From Octopus sinensis (Eukaryota): a stretch of DNA of 59,622 bases. The stretch is from the NCBI RefSeq assembly GCF_006345805.1, contig NW_021832988.1, positions 1 through 59,622 of the forward strand. The letters run 5' to 3'. The notes beneath the pieces are model-generated. The model did no database searches. It saw nothing but the letters and a program-made list of their open reading frames with translations, and was not told the DNA's origin. Made by a program: the position numbers and the translations under genes. Shown piece by piece: positions 12,356 through 24,665 of this stretch; position 1 is the stretch's first letter; every line of letters begins with the position of its first letter.

Positions 12356-12553
12356 CTTTTTCCGATTCAAAAGTGATAATAACTTCCCCAGAATATTGGA
12401 TCCGTTCTGGGATTCCTTTAATAGGTCCTCCACTTGATCTACTCTTGTTCTCAAAATAAGACTGAATGGCTTCCAAACGGAAATCAGTTGGGACTCCTGA
12501 CACCAATATCGTTCTGCCCTCATCATCTCCTCCCATATTTGAGGCAGATATTC
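12356..12553 (-). CDS. Coding exon of a PARP14/PARP10-like gene, N-terminal RRM1
   Basis: Acceptor ttttattttgcag|GA, donor AAAAG|gttag, 198 bp, phase 1-1: ISASNMGGDDEGRTILVSGVPTDFRLEAIQSYFENKSRSSGGPIKGIPERIQYSGEVIITFESEK. The YFEN..RS.GG motif is typical of PARP14-type RRMs. Confidence 0.82.
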
Positions 12554-12602
12554 CTGCAAAATAAAACCAAGATTTAATGCTAAACAAATACAAGTTACTC
12601 AC

Positions 12603-12666
12603 CATCCATGTAACAATATTGTGCTATCTACATCATAAACATCCATTTAACATGCCTGATGTAAAC
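12603..12666 (-). other. Candidate 64-nt exon carrying an in-frame ATG (ATG GAT G|gtgagt)
   Basis: Acceptor tatttcag| and consensus donor GTGAGT. However, the implied intron is only 49 nt and the exon contains several upstream ATGs. Confidence 0.25.
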
Positions 12667-12789
12667 CTGAAATACATGTAGCCTTCAAACAGTCAAGATA
12701 TGCTAGAAGTAACAGCCAAAGTTTTTCAAAAGTTCACCCAGCTATTTTTAAAATAGACACCTTACCACATGGAATAACGTTAGTTAGTT

Positions 12790-13615
12790 AGTTAATTTTT
12801 TGGCTCAAAAAGCAAAAAGCAAGGCCATGTAGGGGGACATGGAGTTAAGTACAGGGTGGTGTTCATGTAAAGAGTTCAGGCCACTTGAGGTCAAGGGAGA
12901 CTTTGAACAAAGCGGTCGTTGGCATCTTCACCATCTCGTCTGGCAGCTTGTTCCACGGATCTGCAACCCGGACGGAGAAAGCCCTTCTCCTTCGATTGAG
13001 ATGAAATCGTCGCAGATAGAGCTTTTCGGAATGACCCCGCAGCCGACGCTCTGGAGCAGGAGTGAAGAACAGCTCTTTCGAGAGGTTACACTTTCCGCTT
13101 ATGATGTTGTGAGCGAGAATGAGATCACCATGGCGGCGGCGTTTTTTGAGAGAATAAAGGTCGAGCGTCTTCAGTCTTTCTTCATAAGACAAATTTTTGA
13201 GACCATGAACCATGCGGGTAGCCAGCTTCTGGACTCTTCGGGATGCTGTATGTCTTTGACGAGATAAGGAGAAGAGGCTTGAATCCCGTACTCCAATATG
13301 GGTCTCACCAGCGTGACATAGAGTGGTAGAATATGGCTGCTGTGAGCATTCCGAATGACCGTCAAATCAAGAACAGAACTCCACGTGCTTTGTTGGCAGC
13401 ATGGACACACTGGGCTGAAGGTGAAAAGGAGGAATCCACCAAGATACCGAGGTCCTTTACCTGATCGGTCCTCTCCAGCAGCAGACGACTCGGCTCGAAA
13501 TCAGTTGAGTTGCAGGAGAGGCGCCAACAGGCAGATGACAGCACTTTGACACGTTCAGACACAGGTCCCATTCGTTAGACCACCTCCAAATTTGGTGGAG
13601 GCATCGACGAAGGCT
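12790..13615 (-). mobile_element. CR1-clade LINE, 3' fragment
   Basis: KDLGILVDSSFSPSAQC, LYVTLVRPILEYG, LSYEERL..L.LYSL..RR..GDLI, RGHS.KL and FSVRV..WNKLP. Confidence 0.88.
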
Positions 13616-13917
13616 GCAAAGATGTTCAGATAAGCAATCTCTTGATTCAACCTAGCAAAACCTAATTCCCCATTTTACATCATTCATATCTCACTCCTAT
13701 AGCTCATTTACTATCTGTCTATCTATCTATTATTATATTCATTATTGTAATTATTACTATTATCATCATCTATATATATATGTTTGTATGCATTTATTTG
13801 TGCGTGTGTTTTTATGTATATAAATACATGTGTATTTGTGTATATAAGTGCATGTGCATTTCTGTATATTGTTCCCAACTCCCAAAATTTATGTATATAT
13901 TTGTAAGTATATATCTA

Positions 13918-13997
<80 letters not shown>

Positions 13998-13998
13998 A

Positions 13999-15289
13999 CA
14001 AGGGGCGTTCAATAAGTAATGCCCCTGACCCACTTCCCATAGCAGTAGAGCAACGAAACTTAGCACAGTTATTAATAATTTTCTACATAGGAACCACCCA
14101 GAGTTACGCATTTCTCCCATCGTTTGATGCAGCGCTGGAGACCGTTTTTGTAGAAGACCCCAGCTTCGTCCTCCAACCACGACGTGACTTTAGAAATCAA
14201 GGCTGCATCATCTGTGAAATGCTTTCCTTTAAAAAAAAACTTCATGGTTGGGAAGAGGTGAAAATCAGAGAGTGCAAGGTCAGGAGCGTTGGGGGGATGG
14301 GGGAGGAGTTCATAGCAGCACGCCTGTTCTTCTGATCTGGCGACACGCGAGTTGTGGACCGGAGCATTGTCCTACAGGAGGAGGATGCCTTTTCTGATCT
14401 TGCCCCGCCTCTTGATTTTGATAGCTTCTCTTAATTTCCTCAAAAGTGAAGCATAATAGGCTCCTGTAATTGTGGTACCCTTTGCCAGGAAATCTGTCAT
14501 CACTACTCCGTCCTGGTCCCAGAAGACTGTGAGCATGTCCTTGCCAGCGAAGGCTGCACCTTGCCTTCTTTGGAGGAGGTGAGTCACGGTGCTTCCACTG
14601 CATTGACTGGGCTTTGGTCTCTGAATCATAGTGATGGACCCAGGTTTCATCCTGTGTAATCAGTCTTTTGAAAAATTTTGACTCATCTTCTTGGCACATC
14701 TCCAAATTCATCCTCGAGCACTCAACGCGTTCTTGCTTCTGGAAAGGTGTGAGCAGCCTGGGAATCCATCTGGCAGACATCTTTTGCATATGCAAATGGT
14801 CATGAATGATAGTTTCCACAGACCCGGTACTAATCTTGACCTCATGGGCTATTTGGCGAATTATTATGCATCGATCTTCCAAAATGGCAGCCTCAACTTG
14901 ACGGACAGATGCCTCATCAATGGCAGAAGGGGGGCGACCAGATCTGGGAGCTGTTTCCACAGAGTTCCAACCATGTTTGAATTCACGATGCCAGGGTTTT
15001 ACAAGATCATATGATGGGACATCATCACCATAAGTTACTTTCATTTCATCAAAAGTCTCCCGTGGTGTGTGTCCTTTCAAATACAAAAACCGGATCACTG
15101 CTCGACACTCAACAGGCTCCATTTCACACTTGACTCAGTTCAAACACCTGTAAACCAGAAACCACAATTATTTCAGAGCTGTAATTTGCCACTTAATCTA
15201 TAGAGATAAAAATAATTGCACAGACAAAATTTCAGCTAGATCAAACAACTGCAAGTGGGTCAGAAGCATTACTTATTGAACATCCCTCG
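13999..15289 (-). mobile_element. Full-length mariner (DD34D), transposase frameshifted
   Basis: TIRs C(A/G)AGGGG(C/T)GTTCAATAAGTAATG and TA TSDs. The ORF MEPVECRAVIRFL.. has ITQDETW, LLQDNAP and PDLALSD, with 34 residues between the second and third D. Confidence 0.95.
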
Positions 15290-15349
15290 TATATATATAT
15301 AGTTGAAATTTAGACCCTTATGGGTAGTAAAGAAATATATATATATATA

Positions 15350-15520
15350 TATAGTTGAAATTTACAGGAAAACAAAAGACAAAGACAGGTGTATGAACAG
15401 CAAGTAGGTGTATTAGTTTGATACTCAGGAAAGTGAGAAGGTCTTTTACATTTCGAGCCTACGCTCTTCAGCATAAAGGAGTAAGAGAAAATAAACAGAG
15501 AGAGAATTAAAGAAAACTTT
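15350..15520 (-). mobile_element. Penelope-type pLTR fragment with a minimal hammerhead motif
   Basis: Minus strand CTGAAGA-GCGTAGGCTC-GAAA-TGTA at 15476-15442. Confidence 0.55.
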
Positions 15521-16334
15521 TGGATTTAGCTATCAAGCATGGTAACTGTTTGGGAAAAAAAGGTTTCACAGGAGAGGTTGAAAGAAAGGGAGATAATAAA
15601 GTATTGGTGATCCCAAAACGAAGGTGTGCATGCATGTGTGTGTGTGAGAATATGTAAGTATGTGTGTTTGGATAGGGGCTAGTCGCTTCTACCCCCCCCC
15701 CACTGCAGCATGAATTTTGACCATCGTCCCTTAATTTGCTGGCAGTCCTGGCCATTTTTATTTTTATTCTGCCACACGATGACCGAGACGCAAAGCTAAG
15801 AACACTTTTCTCTTTCTTCTCCCTCTCTATTCCACTCCTAATATCTTAAATGTTTTCACTACTGACAGCTTGCTGTCGTGTATAAATGATCTCATCGCTG
15901 ACAACCTCTTAGAATTTCGTTAAGTAAATTACTCGCTTCTACCCCCACTGCAGCATGAATTTTGACCATCGTCCCTTAATTCCGACCGACCTCTTCACTG
16001 TGCGCCCGCCCAAACCCACCACCAATACCGGATATCTCTCTATTTCTCCCCTTCCCCCCTTTCTTATTCCCCTCCCTTGTCCCTATGAAACAATGTGAAG
16101 CAAAATGCTGCTGCTGCTGTTGCTGCTGCCATAACTACTGCTATTACCACTGCCTCTAATACTGCTGATAGTGATATTGCTGCTGCTACTACAACTGCTG
16201 CTGCTGCTGATGATGAATATTAGTGGTTGAAAATAAACATATAAAATAAACGTAGGCAAAAGAATGAAAAATCTAATAATAATTTAACATTACTTGAAAA
16301 GGTAGTGGGTAGCGAACTTCTTCACTACTTCAGG

Positions 16335-19300
16335 GAGTGACGACCCTGCCTGACACGAGTTCCAGGCTCAGCTGGCTCCGGCTGACAGTACCCGGTATGG
16401 GCCCCTATCCAGGGTTACGGAAAGGAGACAACCTTCAAAGAAATCCGGAGTGGAGCCCCGAAGGCGGTCTAGTGTTCGACTCGACACTCTTCCGGCAGAT
16501 CCTGCAACCAAGCTGGTGCCAAACGTAATGCACTGCACTCCACTGGACTACATCAGCAAGGTCGAGAGAGGAAACCTGACGATTGGGCTACCCAGGACTT
16601 TCTTATCTATAGCCCAGGCCTGCGCAAAACTGGAGAGGACGCTTCAGTGCTGCTGTAAAAAGCTGCAGAAACAACACGGGAGGTAACAGTCACGAGTGAT
16701 AAGTCCATTCAGATTGGCGTAAAATATGGGCGCTACGGGTTACCTCTGACGGTGAGAGGGACCTCCATGTCCTATTAGTTAGCTACTGCCCACCTCAAGC
16801 TGGGCAGCCCCCAGTTAATAAGGTGCTGACCCGCCACAGGCCGCCTGCCCCATTGGGTGCTTGGAGCTAAGAGTATGACTCGAAAAGCGGCCTGCAACCT
16901 CTGCACCAGGCAGGCAAGCAACTAAAAGTCAAGAAAACACCAGTTCTGCGGTGGCAAGCTGGAATGTCAGGACCATGTGTCCTGGAATATCTGATGATCT
17001 TCTCAGGATTGAAGACACAAGGAAAGCGGCCATCATTGACCGTGAACTAAAGAGGCTCAACATAGATATTGCTGGGCTGCAGGAGACAAGACTTCCCTCA
17101 AACGGCAAACTCAAAGAGCAGGATTTCACCTTCTTTTGGCAGGGAAGAGATCCAGAAGAACCTCGTCAACATGGCGTTGGCTTTGCAGTGAGAAATTCAC
17201 TACTCTCCTCAATAGAACCACCATCGTGAAGCACTGAGCGTATCCTCTCACTGCACCTCTCGACTTCTTCTGGCTCAGTACATCTACTCAGCATCTATGC
17301 TCCCACTCTCTACAGCTCAGAGGAGACCAAGGACCAGTTCTACAAAGATCTCAACTGTGTCATAGAAAATATACCAACGACTGAAAATATCTACCTTCTA
17401 GGGGATTTTAACGCTCGCGTGGGATCTGATCATGATTCGTGGCCCATTTGTGTTGGACACTTTGGTATTGGCAACATGAATGACAATGGTCAGAGACTAC
17501 TCGAATTCTGCACATACCACAACCTGTGCATCACAAACACATTCTTTACCAACAAGCCATCCCACAAGGCATCCTGGAGACATCCAAGATCTCACCACTG
17601 GCATCAGCTGGATCTCATCATTACACAGAGATCCTTTCTGAATTCTACTCTATTGACCCGCAGTTACCACAGCGCGGATTGTGACACAGACCACTCACTA
17701 ATTAGAAGTAGGGTGAGGATTCTGCCTAAAAAAGTCCATCGCTCCAAGAAAGTGGGCTGACCACGCATCAACACTGCCAGAACCTCGGATCCTACACTGC
17801 GAAAATGTCTTGCTGCTTCTATCAAGGTTGCCCTCAGTAGCTGCCCAACCTCCTCTGCTGAAAGTAGGTGGGACTATATCAGGGAAGCCTTGTATACGAC
17901 ATCAATGGATACTTTCGGCATGAGAGAAAGGCAAAACCCAGATTGGTTCAATGCTGGGCTCTCAGAGCTGGAGCCAGTTGTCGAAGCAAAGCGTGCAGCT
18001 CTGATGCAATACAAGAGTGACTCTTCTACAAAGTCACTCGAAGAACTCAGAAAGGCACGAAATAAAACCCAACTGACAGCCAGACACTGTGCAAATAGGT
18101 ATTGGCAGGAAATCTGTCAGAGTATCCAGTCAGCTGCTGACAGGGGCGACACCCGTGGGATGTATGCCGGTTTGAAGAAGGCCCTCGGTCCATCCGCAAC
18201 CAAGTCAGCCCCTCTGAAATCAACTACTGGAGATCTCATCAGGGATCAAGGCAAGCAAATGGATAGATGGGTGGAGTACTACCAGGATCTCTACTCACGG
18301 GAGACTACAGTGGCTGAGGCTGCAGTCGAGAGTGTCAAGATCTTGCCAGTCATGTGCGAACTTGACAGTCCCCATCTATAGCAGAGCTCACCAAGGCTGT
18401 TGACTCCCTAACAAGAAATAAGGCTCCGGGAAAAGACGGCATCCCCTCATAGATCATCAAAGCCGGCAAAAACACCATCCTGCTTCGGCACCTTCATGAG
18501 CTTCTGTGTCAGTGCTGGGAAGAGGTACAGTCCCTCAGGATATGCGGGATGCTAACATCATTATGCTTTACAAAAACAAAGGTACCGTGGTGATTGTAAC
18601 AATTACTGTGGTATATCCCTTCTAAGCACTGTTGGAAAGACCTTTGCCTGCGTTATCCTGGCCAGCTACAACTATTTGCTTCTCGAATCTATCCGGAATC
18701 GCAGTGTGGCTTTAGAAGAAGCAGATCAACTATCGATATGATATTCTCCGTACGCCAACTTCAGGAGAAGTCCAGAGAGCAGAAAATGCCATTATATATG
18801 GCCTTCATTGATCTAACAAAGGCTTTTGACTCGGTAAGCAGAACAGGCCTCTTAATCCTGCTCCAAAAAATCGGATGTCCACCAAAGCTGCTGAGGATCA
18901 TCAAGTCTTTCCATGATGACATGCAAGGCACCATACAGCACAACGGTTCAACATCAGCCGCCTTCCAAATAAAAATCGGGTAAAGCAAGGTTGTGTCCTC
19001 GCTCCTACATTGTTTGGCATCTTCTTCTCGCTCTTACTATCACAAACCTTTCAGACATCAGATGATGGATTGTTTCTGAACAGTAGAAGTGACGGAAATC
19101 TCTCGCGCCTGCGTGCCAAGACCAAATCAGAAACGTCCTGATCAAGGAGATGCTATTTGCTGATGATGCCACTCTGGTAACACACACAGAAGAAGCCCTC
19201 CAAAGGCTCATTAACTGTTTTGAGCAAGCATGTAACGACTTTGGCTTAGTTATCAGCCTTAAGAAGACCAACATCATGGGTCAGGCTACATCGGACATCC

Positions 19301-20165
19301 CAAACATACATATTGGAGACCACAGATTACAAGAGGTGGAGAAGTTTACCTATCTGGGCTCTACTGTCACCTACAACCTATCCCTTGACGCTGAGCTCAA
19401 TATACACATTGGCAAGGCAGCTGCTGCGATGGCCCAACTCTCCAAATGGGCTTGGGACAACAATAAGCTGACCAAGACCACGAAAATGAAGATCTACCAG
19501 GCATGTGTACTCAGCACTCTACTGTATGGAAGCGAGACCTGGACGCTATACACACGCCAAGAGTGTCGCCTAAACATCTTTCACCTGCGCTGCCTCCGAA
19601 AAATCCTCCGCATCAAATGGCAGGATCATATCCCCAACAAAGATGTCCTCAGGCAAGCAGGAATACCAAGCATGTTTGCACTCCTCACACAAAGACGTAT
19701 GAGATGGCTTGGGCATGTTAGCCGTATGAAAGATGGCAGAATCCCCAAGGACATACTCTACGGAGAGCTTGCTAGGGGTACTAGGTCTGTGTAGACCGAT
19801 CTTACGTTACAAGGATGTTTGCAAAAGGGACATGAAGGCCTGCAACATCAATATTAGCGGTTGGGAGGCAGTTGCCGGCAACCGTGGAGATTGGCGACGT
19901 ACCGTAAAAGAGGGAATACAAAGAAGTGACAGAGAGAGAGAGGAGAAATGGAAAGAAAGGAAGAGACGTAAACAAGAGACTATGGCACTACAACCAGCCA
20001 GGAACAGTCTTCGCTACATTTGTGGTACCTGCCAGAGAGAGTGTTTGTCCAGGATAGGACTACACAGCCACAGCAGGAAATGTATCAGGACATGAAATAT
20101 AAAAGCCGGACTAGACTACTTTATGCGCAACTCCATTGTCTCCTGAGACAGAAAGGATGCCAACC
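16335..20165 (+). mobile_element. Near full-length RTE-clade LINE (AviRTE-like lineage), ORF disrupted
   Basis: About 600-nt 5' UTR, APE (SWNVRTM, LQETRL, GDFNARVG, SADCDTDHSL), RT (FIDLTKAFDSV, LFADD) and C-terminal C..C..C..H motif. Several stops and frameshifts. Confidence 0.93.
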
Positions 20166-20310
20166 TACCAAGTGGCTTTGACATGTGAATGTGTGCATGT
20201 GTGAATGCGTCTATAATGTGTGGGTGTGTAGATGATGGTGTAGGGGTGCAGATGATGGGTGTGGTGTGGATGCTGGGAGTGTTCAGTGCTAGTGTGTGTA
20301 GACATATATA

Positions 20311-21563
20311 TAGGGGTTGGACAAAAGACAGAAACACCTAGCATCATAATTTTGAAAATCTATAAATCATCAAAAGCTTGTTCATTCTTGTTTTTGATTT
20401 TATTACTAGTGTTGCTTAATGTTTTGCTAAAATTGCCATTTCTTCTCAGATATCATAGAAAAAGTTAATTAAAATTCATTAAAATGACAGATCTATCCGA
20501 CTTTCAATGAGTTGAAATTGTTGGTGTTCGTATGGCAGGCACTAGCATAACAAAAACAGCCAAAATGTTTGGTGTACAAAGAAGTACTGTCTCGAAAGTA
20601 ATGACAGCCTTTGAGAAAGAGAGAAAATCTCCTCATTGAAACAAAACTTCAGAAGAAAACCAAAACTTTCAGATAGGGACCGTCTGACTCTTACGCGAAT
20701 TGTTAGAAAGGATCACAAAAGTACAACTCCCAAAATCACTGCAGAGCTTAATGGCCACCTGAAGAACCCAGTTTCCACAAAAACTGTTCACCAGGAGATA
20801 CACAAGCCAGATTTCATGTGAGGACTGCAATCAGAAAACCACTCCTTTCAAAAACAAACGTTGCAAAGCATTTAGAGAGGAGTAAAACCTACAGAATTGG
20901 TCCCTAGTGCAGTGAAAGAATGTTATTTTCTCAGACAAGTCATCCTTTACCTTATTTCTGACCACTGGCTGAGTGTACGTGTGGTGACAGCCAAAAGAAG
21001 CATTTGACCCACACTACCTTCTTCCAACTGTTAAACATGGAGGCGGATCTGTGATGATGGGGGGGGGGGTCTATATCTTGGAAATCCGCCGGCCCAATGG
21101 TTTCCCTTCATGGCAGAATTAATAGTCAAGACTATTTAAGCATTTCATCTGATCAAATTCATCTTATGGTTGCAGAACTGTTTCTGGAGTGAAAAGAAAT
21201 CCTTCAGGATGATAATGCACCAATTCACACAGCTAAAGTTGTTACTGAATAGCACGAGGAACATTCTAGTGAAGTTGAACATCTTATCTGGCCACCACAG
21301 TCCTCAGATCTCAGTATTATTGAACATTTATGGTGCATTTTAGAAAAAACCAGTAAGGAGTCGATATCCTCCACTATCATCACTACAAGAACTGGAGACT
21401 GTTTTAGCTGAAGAATGGACAAAAATTCCTTGGAAACAATTCAAACTTAGTACAAGTCCATACCTCATAGAATTCAAGCTGTAATTACTACCAAAGGTAG
21501 TCCTACCCCATATTAAAAAAATATGTTTGAAATTTTATGGTATTTCCATTATCTTGTGCAACC

Positions 21564-21567
<4 letters not shown>
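20311..21567 (+). mobile_element. Tc1-like (DD34E) transposon, decayed
   Basis: TIRs (C)AGGGGTTGGACAAAA / TTGTGCAACCTCTG with TA flanks. Remnant motifs DDNAPIHTA and WPPQSSDLSIIEHLW. Confidence 0.85.
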
Positions 21568-21600
<33 letters not shown>

Positions 21601-22354
21601 AATAACATTAGTAGAGCAAAGTTATACAGAATAGGTAATAAAATGTGCTTGTTATGCTCTACTGAGTTTATGAAATACTCCAGTCGAAAGAAGTATTACT
21701 GAATAGTACAGAAGAGAAGGAAATAAAATGCCAACACAAAAATAGTTATACATATAAAATGAAAAATATATGAAAAGTTACCCCCCACCCAGTACGTAAT
21801 TTCTTAAACAATTATGAGGAAGGTAGTTAAATATAGTTTTAATAGAATAATATAATAGTATTAGATATGAATATACCTAAAACCAAGAATAAATGTAAAG
21901 AATATTACCTTAAAAAGTATTAGACAGGCCACATATTGAATAAAATAAATCTCTAAATCTTTAACACTAGAAAAAATCCAATTATACCTAAAGATAAGAT
22001 TATCTTATTATTACCTCCCCTTGAATTCAACTCTCTAATGATATTAGTCTTAAAGAATTTTGTTTTTTTTATTCCCAGAATACTTAATGCAGGACAGAAG
22101 GTTAAAGAAGGAGTAACATGCAGATAAGTATTCTTCCTTTGTTAATTGTGGTATATAGTTTTATTCAAAAAATTTATAACATATATAGAGGTTTTTTTTT
22201 TACTTTTTAAATATTATTAACCTACGTTTGTCATAATAATGGTAATATATACTAGTGTTGATAGGGGTAAATTTCGCAATAAATTATTAATTCCCGTAAA
22301 GTTTATATAGATAGGCAGTTTAATTTGATGTGTTTATAAAATAGTCGATGAGGG

Positions 22355-22552
22355 TTTCTATGCCGTGCTGGTGGCACGTAAAAAGCACCCACTACACTCT
22401 CGGAGTGGTTGACTTTAGGAAGGACATCCAGCTGTAGAAACTCTGCCAGATCAAGATTGGAGCCTCGTGCAGCCATCTGGTTCGCCAGCCCTCAGTCAAA
22501 ATCGTCCAACCCATACTGGCATGGATAGCGGACGTTAAACGATGATGATGAT
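22355..22552 (+). mobile_element. RTE-type LINE 3' tail
   Basis: GTGCTGGTGGCAC..AGGAAGGACATCCAGCTGTAGAAAC..GGACGTTAAACGATGATG. Confidence 0.7.
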
Positions 22553-22837
22553 ATATATCGCTATTGTATTTTTAGGTGTTTTATTTTATTAAATTTTTAT
22601 GAATTTTAAAATTTTTTAAATCTTATATATATTTTTAATGAAGATATCTAAGAATTTGTAGGATGAAATTGGATCCGTTAATAATAATAATAATGATAAG
22701 AGGAAAATAGCCTGAGGACGCACTTGTGGGTTTATGTATTAGGTGTAGCCTAGTAAAACAAACCAACAGGGCAGAAACATGTAGCATTGATTAATATATC
22801 TTCTTTCCCCACAGACTAATAACAGGTAAGGTATATA

Positions 22838-24455
22838 CCATAAATCCTCGAGTATAGTCTCCCCTTGAGTATAATATGCAGGGGATTTTTAGGGGGCTGT
22901 ACCTCTGAAAAACCTAGACCTTGTGTATTATACGCACCGCTTCTCTAACTTGAGTCAAGGAGGTTTATATAACGTCCTTGGTTTGTAAAAATGTATACAG
23001 TAATGTCCTTTATTATTATTGTACATATAACATAATGCAAACATGTAACTTTTTTGTGCATTTTGTTTTCAGAAAATAAAGAATTAACAGTAATAACGTC
23101 AGTGAACAATAAATATTAAGTAAATTGCCTTCACATATTTATCACTATCAGTTGCAAAAGCAAAACCATTTATTCAAATCCTTCAAATTCAACATCACTT
23201 TCAGCATTAAATAACTGTTCCATTTGTTCCTCTGTAAACATATCAGCATCATTGTAGTGTAAATCTCCGTCATCATCAGATTCATAGTCAACATCAGAAG
23301 ATTCACTTTCATTTCATTAATCTTTCCATATGTCATCCTGAGTACCATCCAGTGCAGACAATATACATTTGATGAAACTTTTCACATTAATCTGGGGATC
23401 AAGTTCATTCCATGCATACACGATCCATTTGCTTATCAAAGTCAGGTCAGGAGTGCGAACCCTTCTACCTTTAGTGATCGACTTTATGCCTTGGCATAAA
23501 GTTACTGGCCCAGCCACGTGATGCTTTAAATTCTGACTCATTAAGTTTTATCTCTTTAGCAAGGAGTTTTGCCTGAAGCCTCGAATGTACTGTATTCCAT
23601 CAAGTCTTCTTTCCTCTACCCATTCAAGCAAAATTTTTTTCAAACTCAGGATGTTTGGCCTTTCCTCTCACTTTTTGCCTTCTTTATCTTTGGTATCTGT
23701 TTAATTTCATCTTTATTTCTTCTCCATAACCTGACATTGCTTTCGTCAACATGAAATTTTCTTCCGGCAGCCCTATAACCATGCTCTTCAGCATGTGATA
23801 TAACTTCAAGTTTAAACATAGCTGAATAAGATCTATGAAGCATTTTATGGGTATGTAATGTATAAAATGTTTTACTGGAGATTAATGTACAGGTTTAAGT
23901 CCCACTTATAAAAAAAAACCTAGTAAAGATCTACAGCAGTTCAAACATTTAATACTGGTATTTAATTAAGTATCTATTGTTTGCCACGGTAATGAGGCAA
24001 ACTGCCAATAGAAAGAGCAGAATTAAATATTTAGCACTCAACTATTAAGCACAATTCGCCCGTAATTAAGCCAGCAGCACCTAGTCGAACAAACACTTCC
24101 GCGCATGCGTAATACAATAACGGTGATGTTCTTAACTGTTATATGGGAATGTAAATATGTTTTCAAATTGTTTTTGTTACATGTTATTCTGTGTTCTGAA
24201 TACTTTTATTTTGATAAATGTTGCTTACTGTTATGGATTATTCTTTTATGACTTCATTGCTTTCAGGCTTAGCTTAGAGTATTTTCACGCCCGATATCAC
24301 AAAATGCGCCTGAATAAACATTGCTGGACAGCAAATAGACTCGGACATTGCTTAGAAAGTATTTTTCATTTTTTTATCTCGTATATAGTACAGCACTAGG
24401 GATTTTGACCTTTAAATTTTGGGAACAAATATGGATTATACTCGAGGATTTACGG
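22838..24455 (-). mobile_element. pogo/Tc2-like (POGK-type) element, internally deleted
   Basis: TIRs CC(A/G)TAAATCCTCGAGTATA with TA TSD. A Brinker-type HTH (SYSAMFKLEVISHAEEHGYRAAGRKFHVDESNVRLW) is joined to the C-terminus (WIVYAWNEL..VKSFIKC..LDGTQDD). The DDE core is absent. Confidence 0.82.
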
Positions 24456-24665
24456 TATATATATTTTAAATATGTTTAAATAATTTCTAATTAATTCTAT
24501 TGTACTTTATTTTATTGTACGTTATAGTAGGCTTTAAAATGCTTATATTATTAGATTAGTATTTTGTATATAACTTTCTATGGTACTCCAGAAAATGAGG
24601 TTGTCCTGAATTGAAGTTGTGGTCCTATTGGTAAAATCCCAAATATGTAATAATATATATATATA

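Noticed and set aside
16342-16416. HDV-like ribozyme in the RTE 5' UTR (GACCCTG/CAGGGTT with G-U first pair)
   Set aside because: P3/L3 and the P1.1 GG could not be fitted, so this is only a hairpin.
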